Below, piece by piece: positions 37,960 through 46,175 of a DNA stretch of 64,000 nucleotides. Position numbers and translations under genes: made by a program. The stretch is from a virus: the IMG/VR virus record IMGVR_UViG_3300044716_000844, positions 31,587 through 95,586 of that record; one strand, 5' to 3'. Positions within the stretch are counted from its first letter, which is position 1. Each line of letters opens with the position of its first letter. Under the pieces are notes generated by a model that saw nothing but the letters and a program-made list of their open reading frames with translations, was not told the origin of the DNA and did no database searches.

Positions 37960-39059
37960 AAAAGATTCTGATTACCGGTATGAACCGGCTGCAGTGCAAT
38001 AAAGACTTTTATTTGAAGCAGCAATTGCAAGTTGTCCCATCCCACTATTCGGTTATTCGTTGCCTTGAAGATATGGGATATGAAGTTGAACAGAGAGAAG
38101 TTGCTCTCGGTGAAGATCTGTCGTCGTATGATGAAGTGATCGTTTACATCCACAGCATTCAAGCGTTCTGCCAACACATTTGGTCTGGTCTATACGCTGT
38201 TGCAGCTCGGCCGAATTGCATCATTGCTTTCGATGACTGGCAATTCAATCAGATCTATGGCGCTATCCAGACGTACCACGACGACCTCGTAGCAGGTGAT
38301 GAGTCAGTTTATCGTGACTATCTCTTCGATCTGTGGGCAGGTAAAGAAGATCGCGAGACTGTTAAGAAGTACCATCAGTCATACATTGATGCATGTAAGA
38401 TCGTTGTATCGAAACAGAACCGGTTACTTGTCAGTGCTTTCGACGGTGGTGATATCTCCTTGCTGAACCTTGGTTGGGATGAGTCGAAAGTTCATGTATT
38501 CAATCCAAACCCCTACCACCTGAATCGTCGTGCCGACAATGGCTATGGCACCGGTGTAGTTACATCAACTCTTGATTCGTTCTTTAATGAAGAGCCTGCG
38601 AAGCTTTTCCGTTGGAACTTTGCATCTCTTGTTCAAGAGAAGACTCGCAAATGGCTCAAAGCCCAGAACCCTGAGAAGTGGCAATGGGAAATCGAGTACT
38701 TCGGTGCTAAGCGTGGTAAGTACAAGTCCGAACGTAAGACTGAACCTGAGATGGTGAAAGTCTTTGAGCAACAGTGGGGTTGCTTGATGCCAGGCTATTT
38801 CCATGCAGGTTCTGGTTGGTGGCGCGCTCGTCCTTTGCAGGTTGCTGATGCTGGATCGATCATTATTGGTGACAAGCCTGAGATGATGGTGTATTATAAG
38901 GATGAAGCCATTGCTGGCTTGAGAGTACAGGACATTGAAGCCATGGACTTGACTCAACTGAAAGCTACAGCTGCAGCTCAAAAAGAAGCGCTGTATGCTA
39001 CTCATCCTCTCGATAAAGCAGTTCAGCGTGAAGAACTGAGAAAGATCCTTGAAGCATGA
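37956..39059 (+). CDS. DNA glycosyltransferase, T4 beta-glucosyltransferase-like (GT-B)
   Basis: Colinear similarity to recalled T4 BGT segments (VPS..EMG..V, YD..IV...SI..F, IEYFG, R..Q/E...A...IIGD); ATGA-coupled to galE and glf. Confidence 0.65.
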   Translation: MKKILITGMNRLQCNKDFYLKQQLQVVPSHYSVIRCLEDMGYEVEQREVALGEDLSSYDEVIVYIHSIQAFCQHIWSGLYAVAARPNCIIAFDDWQFNQIYGAIQTYHDDLVAGDESVYRDYLFDLWAGKEDRETVKKYHQSYIDACKIVVSKQNRLLVSAFDGGDISLLNLGWDESKVHVFNPNPYHLNRRADNGYGTGVVTSTLDSFFNEEPAKLFRWNFASLVQEKTRKWLKAQNPEKWQWEIEYFGAKRGKYKSERKTEPEMVKVFEQQWGCLMPGYFHAGSGWWRARPLQVADAGSIIIGDKPEMMVYYKDEAIAGLRVQDIEAMDLTQLKATAAAQKEALYATHPLDKAVQREELRKILEA

Positions 39060-40066
39060 AGAAGATTCTTGTAGTTGGTGCTGGCTTGTCTGGCGCCACT
39101 ATTGCTCGTGAGCTTGCAGAAACTGAGCAATACAAAGTTTGGGTATTTGACAAGCGTGGCCACGTTGCTGGTAATGCTTATGACTACACTAACATTCACA
39201 ATATTCGTGTACATGAGTATGGCCCTCACCTGTTTCATACAAACAATAAAGAGGTGTTTGATTACCTTGGCCGCTTTACTGAATGGGTTGAGTACAAGCA
39301 TAAGGTGAAAGCTCAGCTCGATGACGGTCGATATGTCACACTTCCTGTGAACAAAGAGACCAAAGAGATCGTTGGCGAAGAGAATGTTCTCGACATCTTC
39401 TTCCGTCCTTACACAAAGAAGATGTGGGGAATGGAACTTGACGAATTGAATCCTGACATTATCAACCGTGTACCGATTCGTAATGATATGAACGAGCTAT
39501 ACTTCCCTGATGATCAGTATCAAGCCATGCCGAAAGATGGCTATACTGAAATGGTTGCAAACATGCTTGACCACCCAAACATCATTGTTAAACTTAACAC
39601 TGAGTATTCAAAAGACTACGATCATCTATTTGATCATATCTTTAACTCGATGCCGATCGATGAATACTTTGACTTTGTCCATGGCGAACTTCCGTATCGT
39701 TCGATCAAGTTTCATACTACAACACTGCCAAATCCTCACGTACTTCCATCAGCAACAGTCAACTTCACGAATGATGGTATCTACACTCGTGTAACTGAAT
39801 GGAAGAAACTGCCTCATCATGGAGACAATAAATATTGCACAACACTGACTTACGAAGAACCGTGCGATTACCGTGATAACAACCGAGAACGGTTCTATCC
39901 AGTGAAAGACCGTGATGGTAAGAACAGAGAGTTGTATGAGAAGTACAAATCCATGACTCCGAGTAATACGACCTTCATTGGTCGTTGTGGCCTCTATGCT
40001 TATCTTGATCTTCACCAAGCAGTCAACTCGGCCTTAGCAATAGTGAGAAAATTTAAGAATGAGTAA
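39056..40066 (+). CDS. glf: UDP-galactopyranose mutase
   Basis: VVGAGLSG FAD motif, GNAYD, HEYGPHLFHT, YTKKMWG, YRS, TRVTE.K, FYP, GR...YAYLD. Confidence 0.9.
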   Translation: MKKILVVGAGLSGATIARELAETEQYKVWVFDKRGHVAGNAYDYTNIHNIRVHEYGPHLFHTNNKEVFDYLGRFTEWVEYKHKVKAQLDDGRYVTLPVNKETKEIVGEENVLDIFFRPYTKKMWGMELDELNPDIINRVPIRNDMNELYFPDDQYQAMPKDGYTEMVANMLDHPNIIVKLNTEYSKDYDHLFDHIFNSMPIDEYFDFVHGELPYRSIKFHTTTLPNPHVLPSATVNFTNDGIYTRVTEWKKLPHHGDNKYCTTLTYEEPCDYRDNNRERFYPVKDRDGKNRELYEKYKSMTPSNTTFIGRCGLYAYLDLHQAVNSALAIVRKFKNE

Positions 40067-41261
40067 CTTCACCCACGCGTCTATCGTTCCTCTTATTGGC
40101 GGCGAAACTATTGGATCGGAAAGAGCCTTTGGCGCTCCTCCTATTCACTTCATGTCATATGAAGCTTTTGCTGCAAACGATTCTCATATTCTGAACCACT
40201 ATGAGAATCGTATTCCATATTACGTTCTTGATAAGGGCCAAGCACCTTCCGAGCGCGCAGATGTGGTTGCGTCCGTGTGCCCGTGCGCAGGACTATCTAT
40301 GATGTCTCATGGCTATGGCGACCACAATGAAAACAACAAGTGGATGGACATTACCGCAAAGTACGTCCTTGGCGAATATAAGCCAAAAGTGTTATGGGGA
40401 GAGAATGCTCCAGGTTTTGCTGGCAAGATCGGTAAGAACGTTCGTGAGAACCTGAAAAAGATCGGACAAGAGAACGGCTACACAATGTCGGTCTATCGTA
40501 CAAAGTCTTTGCTTCATGGTGTTCCACAGATTCGTGAACGTTCATTCTACTTCTTCTGGAAAGGTACGCAGACTCCACTCCTGAATTACTATAATCGCCC
40601 ATACACTCCTATTGAGGAAGTCATTCGTAATGTGAAGTCGAACTTCCAGCACGAGCCGATCAACAAGAAGAAGCCATCGGAAAATCCATACTACAAGTAC
40701 ATCCTTGAAGCAATTCATGGTGGTCGTACTCACGTACAACATTCACATGAGATCGATCCATCATCTGCTCGTGGTAATGACTCATTTAGTTATATTGAGA
40801 AGTCTGGCCATAATTATAAGCAAGTTGCTGAATGGATGGAAGCCAATGGATTCTCTGAAGAAGTCGAGAAGTGCCTCTACAAGTACAATAAGCTTGAAGA
40901 AGGCGGAAGCATCATGCGCCGGGGTGTAATTGTCCCTAAGGATCGCATCGGCGCTTTTGTAGGACACTATCCGATCATGCTTACACATCCAGACGAAGAT
41001 CGCTTCATTACCTACCGCGAAGCCATGACTATTATGGGCCTTCCAGAGAACTTTGAACTTGTGAATGCTAGCCCGAAGAATGCTAACCATATTTGCCAAA
41101 ACGTTCCAGTTCAGACTGCGACTGACATGGCGACAGAAGTTCTTGCTGTGTTAAATGGCCAAAGAAAAATGGTTGACACCGATTACATTTTGCAGTATAA
41201 TGGAACTCAGACAGAGGAATTCACCGCTGCTGAAAATACACTTGAGAGCTTTTTTGAATGA
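40059..41261 (+). CDS. C5-cytosine DNA methyltransferase homolog
   Basis: Motif IV CPCAGLS, VI GENAP, VIII PQIRERSF, IX RFITYREAM..MGLP, X QNVPV; atypical motif I (VPLIGG). Confidence 0.8.
   Translation: MSNFTHASIVPLIGGETIGSERAFGAPPIHFMSYEAFAANDSHILNHYENRIPYYVLDKGQAPSERADVVASVCPCAGLSMMSHGYGDHNENNKWMDITAKYVLGEYKPKVLWGENAPGFAGKIGKNVRENLKKIGQENGYTMSVYRTKSLLHGVPQIRERSFYFFWKGTQTPLLNYYNRPYTPIEEVIRNVKSNFQHEPINKKKPSENPYYKYILEAIHGGRTHVQHSHEIDPSSARGNDSFSYIEKSGHNYKQVAEWMEANGFSEEVEKCLYKYNKLEEGGSIMRRGVIVPKDRIGAFVGHYPIMLTHPDEDRFITYREAMTIMGLPENFELVNASPKNANHICQNVPVQTATDMATEVLAVLNGQRKMVDTDYILQYNGTQTEEFTAAENTLESFFE
41173..41201 (+). promoter_or_regulatory. Perfect sigma70 promoter inside the 3' end of the MTase gene
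   Basis: TTGACA-N17-TATAAT. Confidence 0.8.
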
Positions 41262-41896
41262 ACCAACACTTTATCTTTGACTTTGAAACGCTTGGTCAAG
41301 ATGTGTTTCAAATCCCAATGCTTGAATGCTCGTATGTAGTATTCGATTGGGGTCGTTTTACATCTGACAATCCTTACACACTTGAAGAACTGGTACGTCT
41401 TTCTCGTAAAGACAAGTTAGAAATGGTTCATCAGGTTCAAGAGCATGGAGCTAAATACACTCAACGCGATCTTGATTGGTGGCTATCACAATCTGAAGAA
41501 GCAAAGAAAGTACTACGGCCGAGTAAATCAGACGTTAGTGCTGAAGTGTTTATTAATAACTTCATTGATTATCTAAAAGAAGCTGGTAAGATTAACTACT
41601 GGTGGTCTCGTTCAAATTCATTCGATCCCATCATTCTTCAGCGTTGGGGTACCATTGTTGGTCGTCAAGAAGAAATCGGTGAATTGTTAAAGTTCTGGCT
41701 CGTACGAGATACTCGTACATGGATCGATGCAAAGCTAAACTTCCCAAAGAAGAACGGCTTCGTTCCCTTAGCAGATGAAGAGTATTGGAACAACACATTC
41801 GTACACCATGATAGCCGGTTTGATATTGCTGCAGATATTCTTCGCCTTCAGACCATCGCTCGCCTTGAAAATGATATGGAACAACCTACACGATGA
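41258..41896 (+). CDS. dexA: 3'-5' exonuclease, DexA-like (DEDD)
   Basis: FDFETLG, WSRSNSFD, RDTRT, HDSRFDIAAD. Confidence 0.8.
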   Translation: MNQHFIFDFETLGQDVFQIPMLECSYVVFDWGRFTSDNPYTLEELVRLSRKDKLEMVHQVQEHGAKYTQRDLDWWLSQSEEAKKVLRPSKSDVSAEVFINNFIDYLKEAGKINYWWSRSNSFDPIILQRWGTIVGRQEEIGELLKFWLVRDTRTWIDAKLNFPKKNGFVPLADEEYWNNTFVHHDSRFDIAADILRLQTIARLENDMEQPTR

Positions 41897-42315
41897 ATAA
41901 ATATAATGAAACCGATACAGGCGCTGTGCGTGAAGCACTCGGCATTCCTTACACCCGACATGTTCCACTTGAAGCAGTAGCTGCTGGTGCTGCTTCTCTT
42001 GAATACGGTGCTAAGAAGTATTCCGATCGTAATTGGGAGAAGGGTCTCCCATGGCAGCAAATGATTGACAGCCTAAAAAGGCATGTTGAAGATTTTGAAC
42101 GCCGTCGCGACTATGACGACGGTGAAGACGGTTCAGATCTTCATCAGGTGTGTATGATCATGGCTTCTGCTATGATGCTATCCGCGTCAGTTATTCGCGG
42201 TATCGGGGTAGACGACAGGCTTCCGGCTGTAGATGAGCATGCACTATCTGCAAAGCAGTGTGCAAAGTTTATCAAAGGACAACTTGAAAATGCAAGACCA
42301 GTGAAAGGTAAATAA
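41893..42315 (+). CDS. dNTP diphosphohydrolase (dATP/dGTP diphosphohydrolase N-terminal, DUF5664-like)
   Basis: TGAVRE, YGAKKYSDRNWEKG, SLKRH, SDLH. Confidence 0.75.
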   Translation: MNKYNETDTGAVREALGIPYTRHVPLEAVAAGAASLEYGAKKYSDRNWEKGLPWQQMIDSLKRHVEDFERRRDYDDGEDGSDLHQVCMIMASAMMLSASVIRGIGVDDRLPAVDEHALSAKQCAKFIKGQLENARPVKGK

Positions 42316-43247
42316 TGGAAATCAAAATTGAAATTGAAAAACTGAGAAAGAAAAAGCTCTTTATCGCTACTCCCATGTACGGTGGGCAGTGTTCTGGCTT
42401 GTATACTAAATCAACTAACGACCTCGCTATGAGCTGTGCCAAGTATGGTATTGACGTAAAATTCTACTACTTGTTCAATGAGTCGCTTATCACTCGTGCT
42501 CGTAACTATTGCGTAGATGAGTTTCTTCGTTCTGATTATACTCATCTCATGTTCATTGACTCGGATATTGGATTCCATTACAAGGATGTATATACTCTTA
42601 TGCATCTCTGTGAGTCTACAGACGAATATGGTGTAATCACCGGTGCTTATCCAAAGAAGACTATTGCTTGGGAAAAGATTCGTACCGCTGTTGAAATGGG
42701 ATTTGCCGATCCGAATCCGTTCCAGCTGGAAAACTTTGTAGGCGATTACGTCTTCAATCCAGATGAAAATTCTACTTCGTTTAGAATTGACGAACCAGTA
42801 AAGATCCGTGAAGGTGGTACTGGCTTCATGATGATTCATCGTGATGTATTTGACAAGTACGCTAAAGCCTATCCTGAGCTGAGTTATATTCCCGACCATG
42901 TTCGTACTGAACACTTTGACGGTAGCCGCGAGATCACTGCTTTCTTTGATTGTGTCATTGATCCGAAGAGTAAGCGCTATCTGTCAGAAGACTATATGTT
43001 TAGTCAATACGCTCGTGCAATTGGTATTAACGTATGGCTTTGCCCGTGGATCCAGTTGAAGCACGTAGGCTCTTATACCTTCGGTGGTTCGCTTTCTGCA
43101 ATGGCTGCGATTCAATCGTCTCCTACCGCAAGTGCTGCGTCGAACCAGAAAAACTATTTGACACCTGCACCAAAGAGTGATATAGTAGACTCTGTACAAC
43201 AACCAAACCGCCAACAGCGGCGTGCTGCAATGAAAAAAGGTAAATGA
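42315..43247 (+). CDS. GT-A-fold glycosyltransferase-like protein
   Basis: IATPMYGG, NESLITRARN, MFIDSDI (DxD), GTGFMMI, YLSEDY. Confidence 0.65.
   Translation: MEIKIEIEKLRKKKLFIATPMYGGQCSGLYTKSTNDLAMSCAKYGIDVKFYYLFNESLITRARNYCVDEFLRSDYTHLMFIDSDIGFHYKDVYTLMHLCESTDEYGVITGAYPKKTIAWEKIRTAVEMGFADPNPFQLENFVGDYVFNPDENSTSFRIDEPVKIREGGTGFMMIHRDVFDKYAKAYPELSYIPDHVRTEHFDGSREITAFFDCVIDPKSKRYLSEDYMFSQYARAIGINVWLCPWIQLKHVGSYTFGGSLSAMAAIQSSPTASAASNQKNYLTPAPKSDIVDSVQQPNRQQRRAAMKKGK
43158..43186 (+). promoter_or_regulatory. Sigma70-type promoter for gp45 (inside upstream CDS)
   Basis: TTGACA-N17-TATAGT with TGn. Confidence 0.75.
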
Positions 43248-43249
43248 TT

Positions 43250-43900
43250 ATGAAATTTAGTAATGAAACTATTAGTGTCTTGAAGAACTTCTCGATGATT
43301 AATCCAGGCTTGGTGTTTAAGCCTGGATCTGTGATTCGAACAATGCATCCACAAAAAACTGTTATGGCCTCAGCCACCGTATCTGAAAATATTGAGAAGT
43401 CTGCAAGGATCTATGACCTTTCACGCTTCCTCGCAACTCTCTCGTTGTTTGATGATCCCGACGTGGAGTTCACTGAAGATAAGTTCATCATCTCTTCAGG
43501 TAAAAGTAAAGTATCTTATACTTACGCGGCTGAAGCGATGGTAGTCGCTGCTCCAGAAAAAGAAATCAACTTTCCAACGCCAGAAGCTGTTGTCACAGTT
43601 AAATGGAAAGATCTTGACTCGGTTATTAAAGCTTCCGGCGTCTTGAAGCTTTCCGAAGTCGCTTTTATAAGTGATGGTTCAAACGTATCGCTTTCGGCGG
43701 TTGACTCAAAGAACCCGACTGCAGACTCGTATAGCGTCATCATCGCGGAAAACACCGGCGCATCACCGTTTAAGATGATCGTCAAGGTGGAAAATTTGAA
43801 ACTCATGCCTCATGACTATGAAGTTTCTCTCTCAGCAAAAGGTCTTGCTCATTTTAAGTCGAGCAAGTCTGAATATTACATCGCACTCGAAGCAAAATAA
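43250..43900 (+). CDS. gp45: Sliding clamp gp45
   Basis: MKFSNETISVLKNFS.IN, IYDL.RFL, KVENLK, YYIALE. Confidence 0.93.
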   Translation: MKFSNETISVLKNFSMINPGLVFKPGSVIRTMHPQKTVMASATVSENIEKSARIYDLSRFLATLSLFDDPDVEFTEDKFIISSGKSKVSYTYAAEAMVVAAPEKEINFPTPEAVVTVKWKDLDSVIKASGVLKLSEVAFISDGSNVSLSAVDSKNPTADSYSVIIAENTGASPFKMIVKVENLKLMPHDYEVSLSAKGLAHFKSSKSEYYIALEAK

Positions 43901-43909
43901 GGAGTTAAT

Positions 43910-44098
43910 ATGCAAATTACAGTAAACGATATCGCCGCAGCCCTCCAGGTTATTGACATCGTCTCAGCCCGCGGAGCTTTCCGTGGAGACGAGCTTTCTC
44001 AAGTTGGAGCTCTTCGTGACAAACTTGCAGCCTTCGTAAAGGCCAGCCAAGAAGCTCAAGCCGAAGAAGTGGTTGACACCCCTGCAGAAGCAGAGTAA
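43910..44098 (+). CDS. Conserved small hypothetical protein (62 aa)
   Basis: RBS AAGGAG; IDIVSARGAFRG.EL..VG. Confidence 0.7.
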   Translation: MQITVNDIAAALQVIDIVSARGAFRGDELSQVGALRDKLAAFVKASQEAQAEEVVDTPAEAE

Positions 44099-44101
44099 TA
44101 T
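44073..44101 (+). promoter_or_regulatory. Sigma70-type promoter upstream of gp44
   Basis: TTGACA-N17-TAATAT. Confidence 0.55.
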
Positions 44102-44116
44102 AGACTATACTACTAC

Positions 44117-44150
44117 AGCGACTACGTTTCGGCGTAGTCGCTTTATCTTT
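44117..44150 (+). terminator. Stem-loop (terminator or 5' stabilising hairpin) before gp44
   Basis: AGCGACTACGT-TTCG-GCGTAGTCGCT followed by TTATCTTT. Confidence 0.6.
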
Positions 44151-44169
44151 TATTATGATTGGAGTGAAC

Positions 44170-45111
44170 ATGGAAGAATTCTTGTGGGTGCAAAAGTACC
44201 GTCCTCGTACCGTTGATGAAGCTATTCTACCGAAAGAACTAAAGGATACATTCCAGAAATTTGTCGACGATAGGAATGTACCTAACCTTCTGTTGTCTGG
44301 TCGAGCTGGTGTAGGTAAGACCACAGTTGCTCGAGCGATGCTTGATGAACTCGGCGCAGACTATATTGTTATCAACGGTTCTATGAATGGTAACATCGAC
44401 ACACTTCGTGTTGATATTCAAAACTTCGCATCGACTGTCTCATTTTCTGGTGGACGTAAGTACGTTATCCTTGACGAAGCAGACTATCTGAACGCAAACT
44501 CAACTCAACCGGCTCTTCGTAACTTTATGGAAGAGTTCTCAAAGAACTGCGGCTTTATCCTCACTTGTAACTTTGCTAATCGCATCATCGAGCCTCTTCA
44601 GTCTCGATGCTCTGTTGTTAACTTTAGTATCAATACCAGTGATCGACCTAAGCTTGCTGCACAGTTCTTTAAGAGAGTGTTGACTATTCTCGATGCTGAG
44701 CACGTTGAATATGAACAAAAAGCAGTAGCTGAACTTATCAACACATACTTCCCAGACTGGCGGCGAGTACTGAACGAACTACAGCGTTATGCAGCAACAG
44801 GCCGTATTGACTCCGGTATCCTTCGTAACAAAGGTTCTGAGTCTATCGAAACTCTTATCGGGCTTTTGAAAGACAAGCGTTTCAGCGATGTACGTAAGTG
44901 GGTCGGCGAGAACTCTGATATTGACTCTTCGACTCTCTATCGGGCGTTGTACGATATTCTCCCGACTAAAATCGTTAGCACATCTTCTATTGCAAACGCT
45001 ATCATTATTCTGGCTGAATATGAATACAAAGAAGCATTCGTAGCAAACCCAGAGATCAACCGTGCTGCAGCCATGGCTACATTGATGGCCGAACTATCAG
45101 ACTGGAAATGA
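44170..45111 (+). CDS. gp44: Clamp loader large subunit gp44
   Basis: LWVQKYRP, GRAGVGKTT, ILDEAD, LQSRC. Confidence 0.95.
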   Translation: MEEFLWVQKYRPRTVDEAILPKELKDTFQKFVDDRNVPNLLLSGRAGVGKTTVARAMLDELGADYIVINGSMNGNIDTLRVDIQNFASTVSFSGGRKYVILDEADYLNANSTQPALRNFMEEFSKNCGFILTCNFANRIIEPLQSRCSVVNFSINTSDRPKLAAQFFKRVLTILDAEHVEYEQKAVAELINTYFPDWRRVLNELQRYAATGRIDSGILRNKGSESIETLIGLLKDKRFSDVRKWVGENSDIDSSTLYRALYDILPTKIVSTSSIANAIIILAEYEYKEAFVANPEINRAAAMATLMAELSDWK

Positions 45112-45112
45112 T

Positions 45113-45310
45113 ATGTCTTGGTTCAGCAACTTTAAGAATAAGAAAACACCATGTCTGATTTGTGAAAAAAAGTATCAAAAGAAGGACATGATTGAAATAA
45201 AATATCGTTATGGCGGCGGTGAAGGAACGATTGGTACCGCTCACATGTGCAACACTTGTAACGATAAGTATAATAATCAAGAGGAAGAAGATTATGTCGA
45301 AGCCGTTTGA
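45113..45310 (+). CDS. Small CxxC...CxxC protein (65 aa)
   Basis: CLIC and CNTC; operonic position. Confidence 0.55.
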   Translation: MSWFSNFKNKKTPCLICEKKYQKKDMIEIKYRYGGGEGTIGTAHMCNTCNDKYNNQEEEDYVEAV

Positions 45311-45686
45311 TTATGTTACGAGTATCCTTCAGACGAAGACACACATGATGCGTGGTACCGAAAATGATAAGCTAGCTGAAAGCGGGTACAATCCATGGCT
45401 TACAAATGCTTCCTTATCGTATCACGCTGATACTATCTTGATGGCAAACCTTGTAAACGGCTTGCATCATCTGCCAAAGTCTGCGCAATATGACATCCTT
45501 ATAAATATGGTTAGACCCAAGAAACGACAGTTTCATAAATGGGCTAAAGCAACGGTCAGTGAAGACTTGGATCTCGTGTGTGAAGTTTATAAATGTAACC
45601 GAACAGTAGGTAACGAGTATCTATCTTTATTGAGCGCCGAACAACTAGAATCGCTGAGAAAACAGCGGCACAAAGGTGGAACATAA
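45294..45686 (+). CDS. gp62: Clamp loader small subunit gp62
   Basis: PFDYV.SI, YNPWL.N..LS, QYD.L.N..RPKKR..KW; synteny gp44-62-regA. Confidence 0.88.
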   Translation: MSKPFDYVTSILQTKTHMMRGTENDKLAESGYNPWLTNASLSYHADTILMANLVNGLHHLPKSAQYDILINMVRPKKRQFHKWAKATVSEDLDLVCEVYKCNRTVGNEYLSLLSAEQLESLRKQRHKGGT

Positions 45687-45688
45687 GG

Positions 45689-46084
45689 ATGAATATCGTT
45701 GATGATTTAGTAGAGGTTTCTCTACCATCTCAAGATTCTTTCTTGAAGGTGAAGGAAACGCTTACACGAATTGGTGTTGCTTCAAAGAAAGATAAAATCT
45801 TGTACCAATCCTGTCATATATTACATAAGCAGGGCAAATATTATATCGTGCATTTCAAAGAACTTTTTATTCTAGACGGAAAAGCGAACACTCTCTCAGA
45901 AGAAGACGCGAGCCGTAGAAACACGATTGTTAATCTTCTCGAAGAATGGGGCTTAGTGAAAGCAGTAAATCCTGAAAAGGTTCAGGATCCTGTCGCGCCT
46001 CTTTCTCAGATCAAAGTACTTCCTCATAAAGAAAAAGACGAGTGGACGCTCGTCGCTAAATACAGTATCGGCAAAAGAAAATAA
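45689..46084 (+). CDS. regA: Translational repressor RegA
   Basis: FLKVKETLTRIGVAS, LYQSCHILHKQGKYYIVHFKELF. Confidence 0.96.
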   Translation: MNIVDDLVEVSLPSQDSFLKVKETLTRIGVASKKDKILYQSCHILHKQGKYYIVHFKELFILDGKANTLSEEDASRRNTIVNLLEEWGLVKAVNPEKVQDPVAPLSQIKVLPHKEKDEWTLVAKYSIGKRK

Positions 46085-46087
46085 CAG

Positions 46088-46118
46088 TTGACATTTTTAG
46101 CAATTTGATGTATAAATA
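46088..46118 (+). promoter_or_regulatory. Composite sigma70 + late promoter for hsp20
   Basis: TTGACA-N17-TATAAA, the -10 being part of TATAAATA. Confidence 0.75.
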
Positions 46119-46120
46119 AC

Positions 46121-46175
46121 GGTGGGATGCCATAACGGGTCCCACCTTTATCCTTGCTAATTGGAGGCTTTTATG
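46121..46175 (+). promoter_or_regulatory. ROSE-like RNA thermometer in the hsp20 5' UTR
   Basis: 5' hairpin plus CCUUGCU able to pair with SD GGAGG leaving a bulged G. Confidence 0.6.

Noticed and set aside
41893-42315. 7-deazaguanine or 2-aminoadenine genome inferred from the DUF5664-like gene
   Set aside because: No queC/D/E, folE, dpdA or purZ in the window; the surrounding genes point to cytosine modification.
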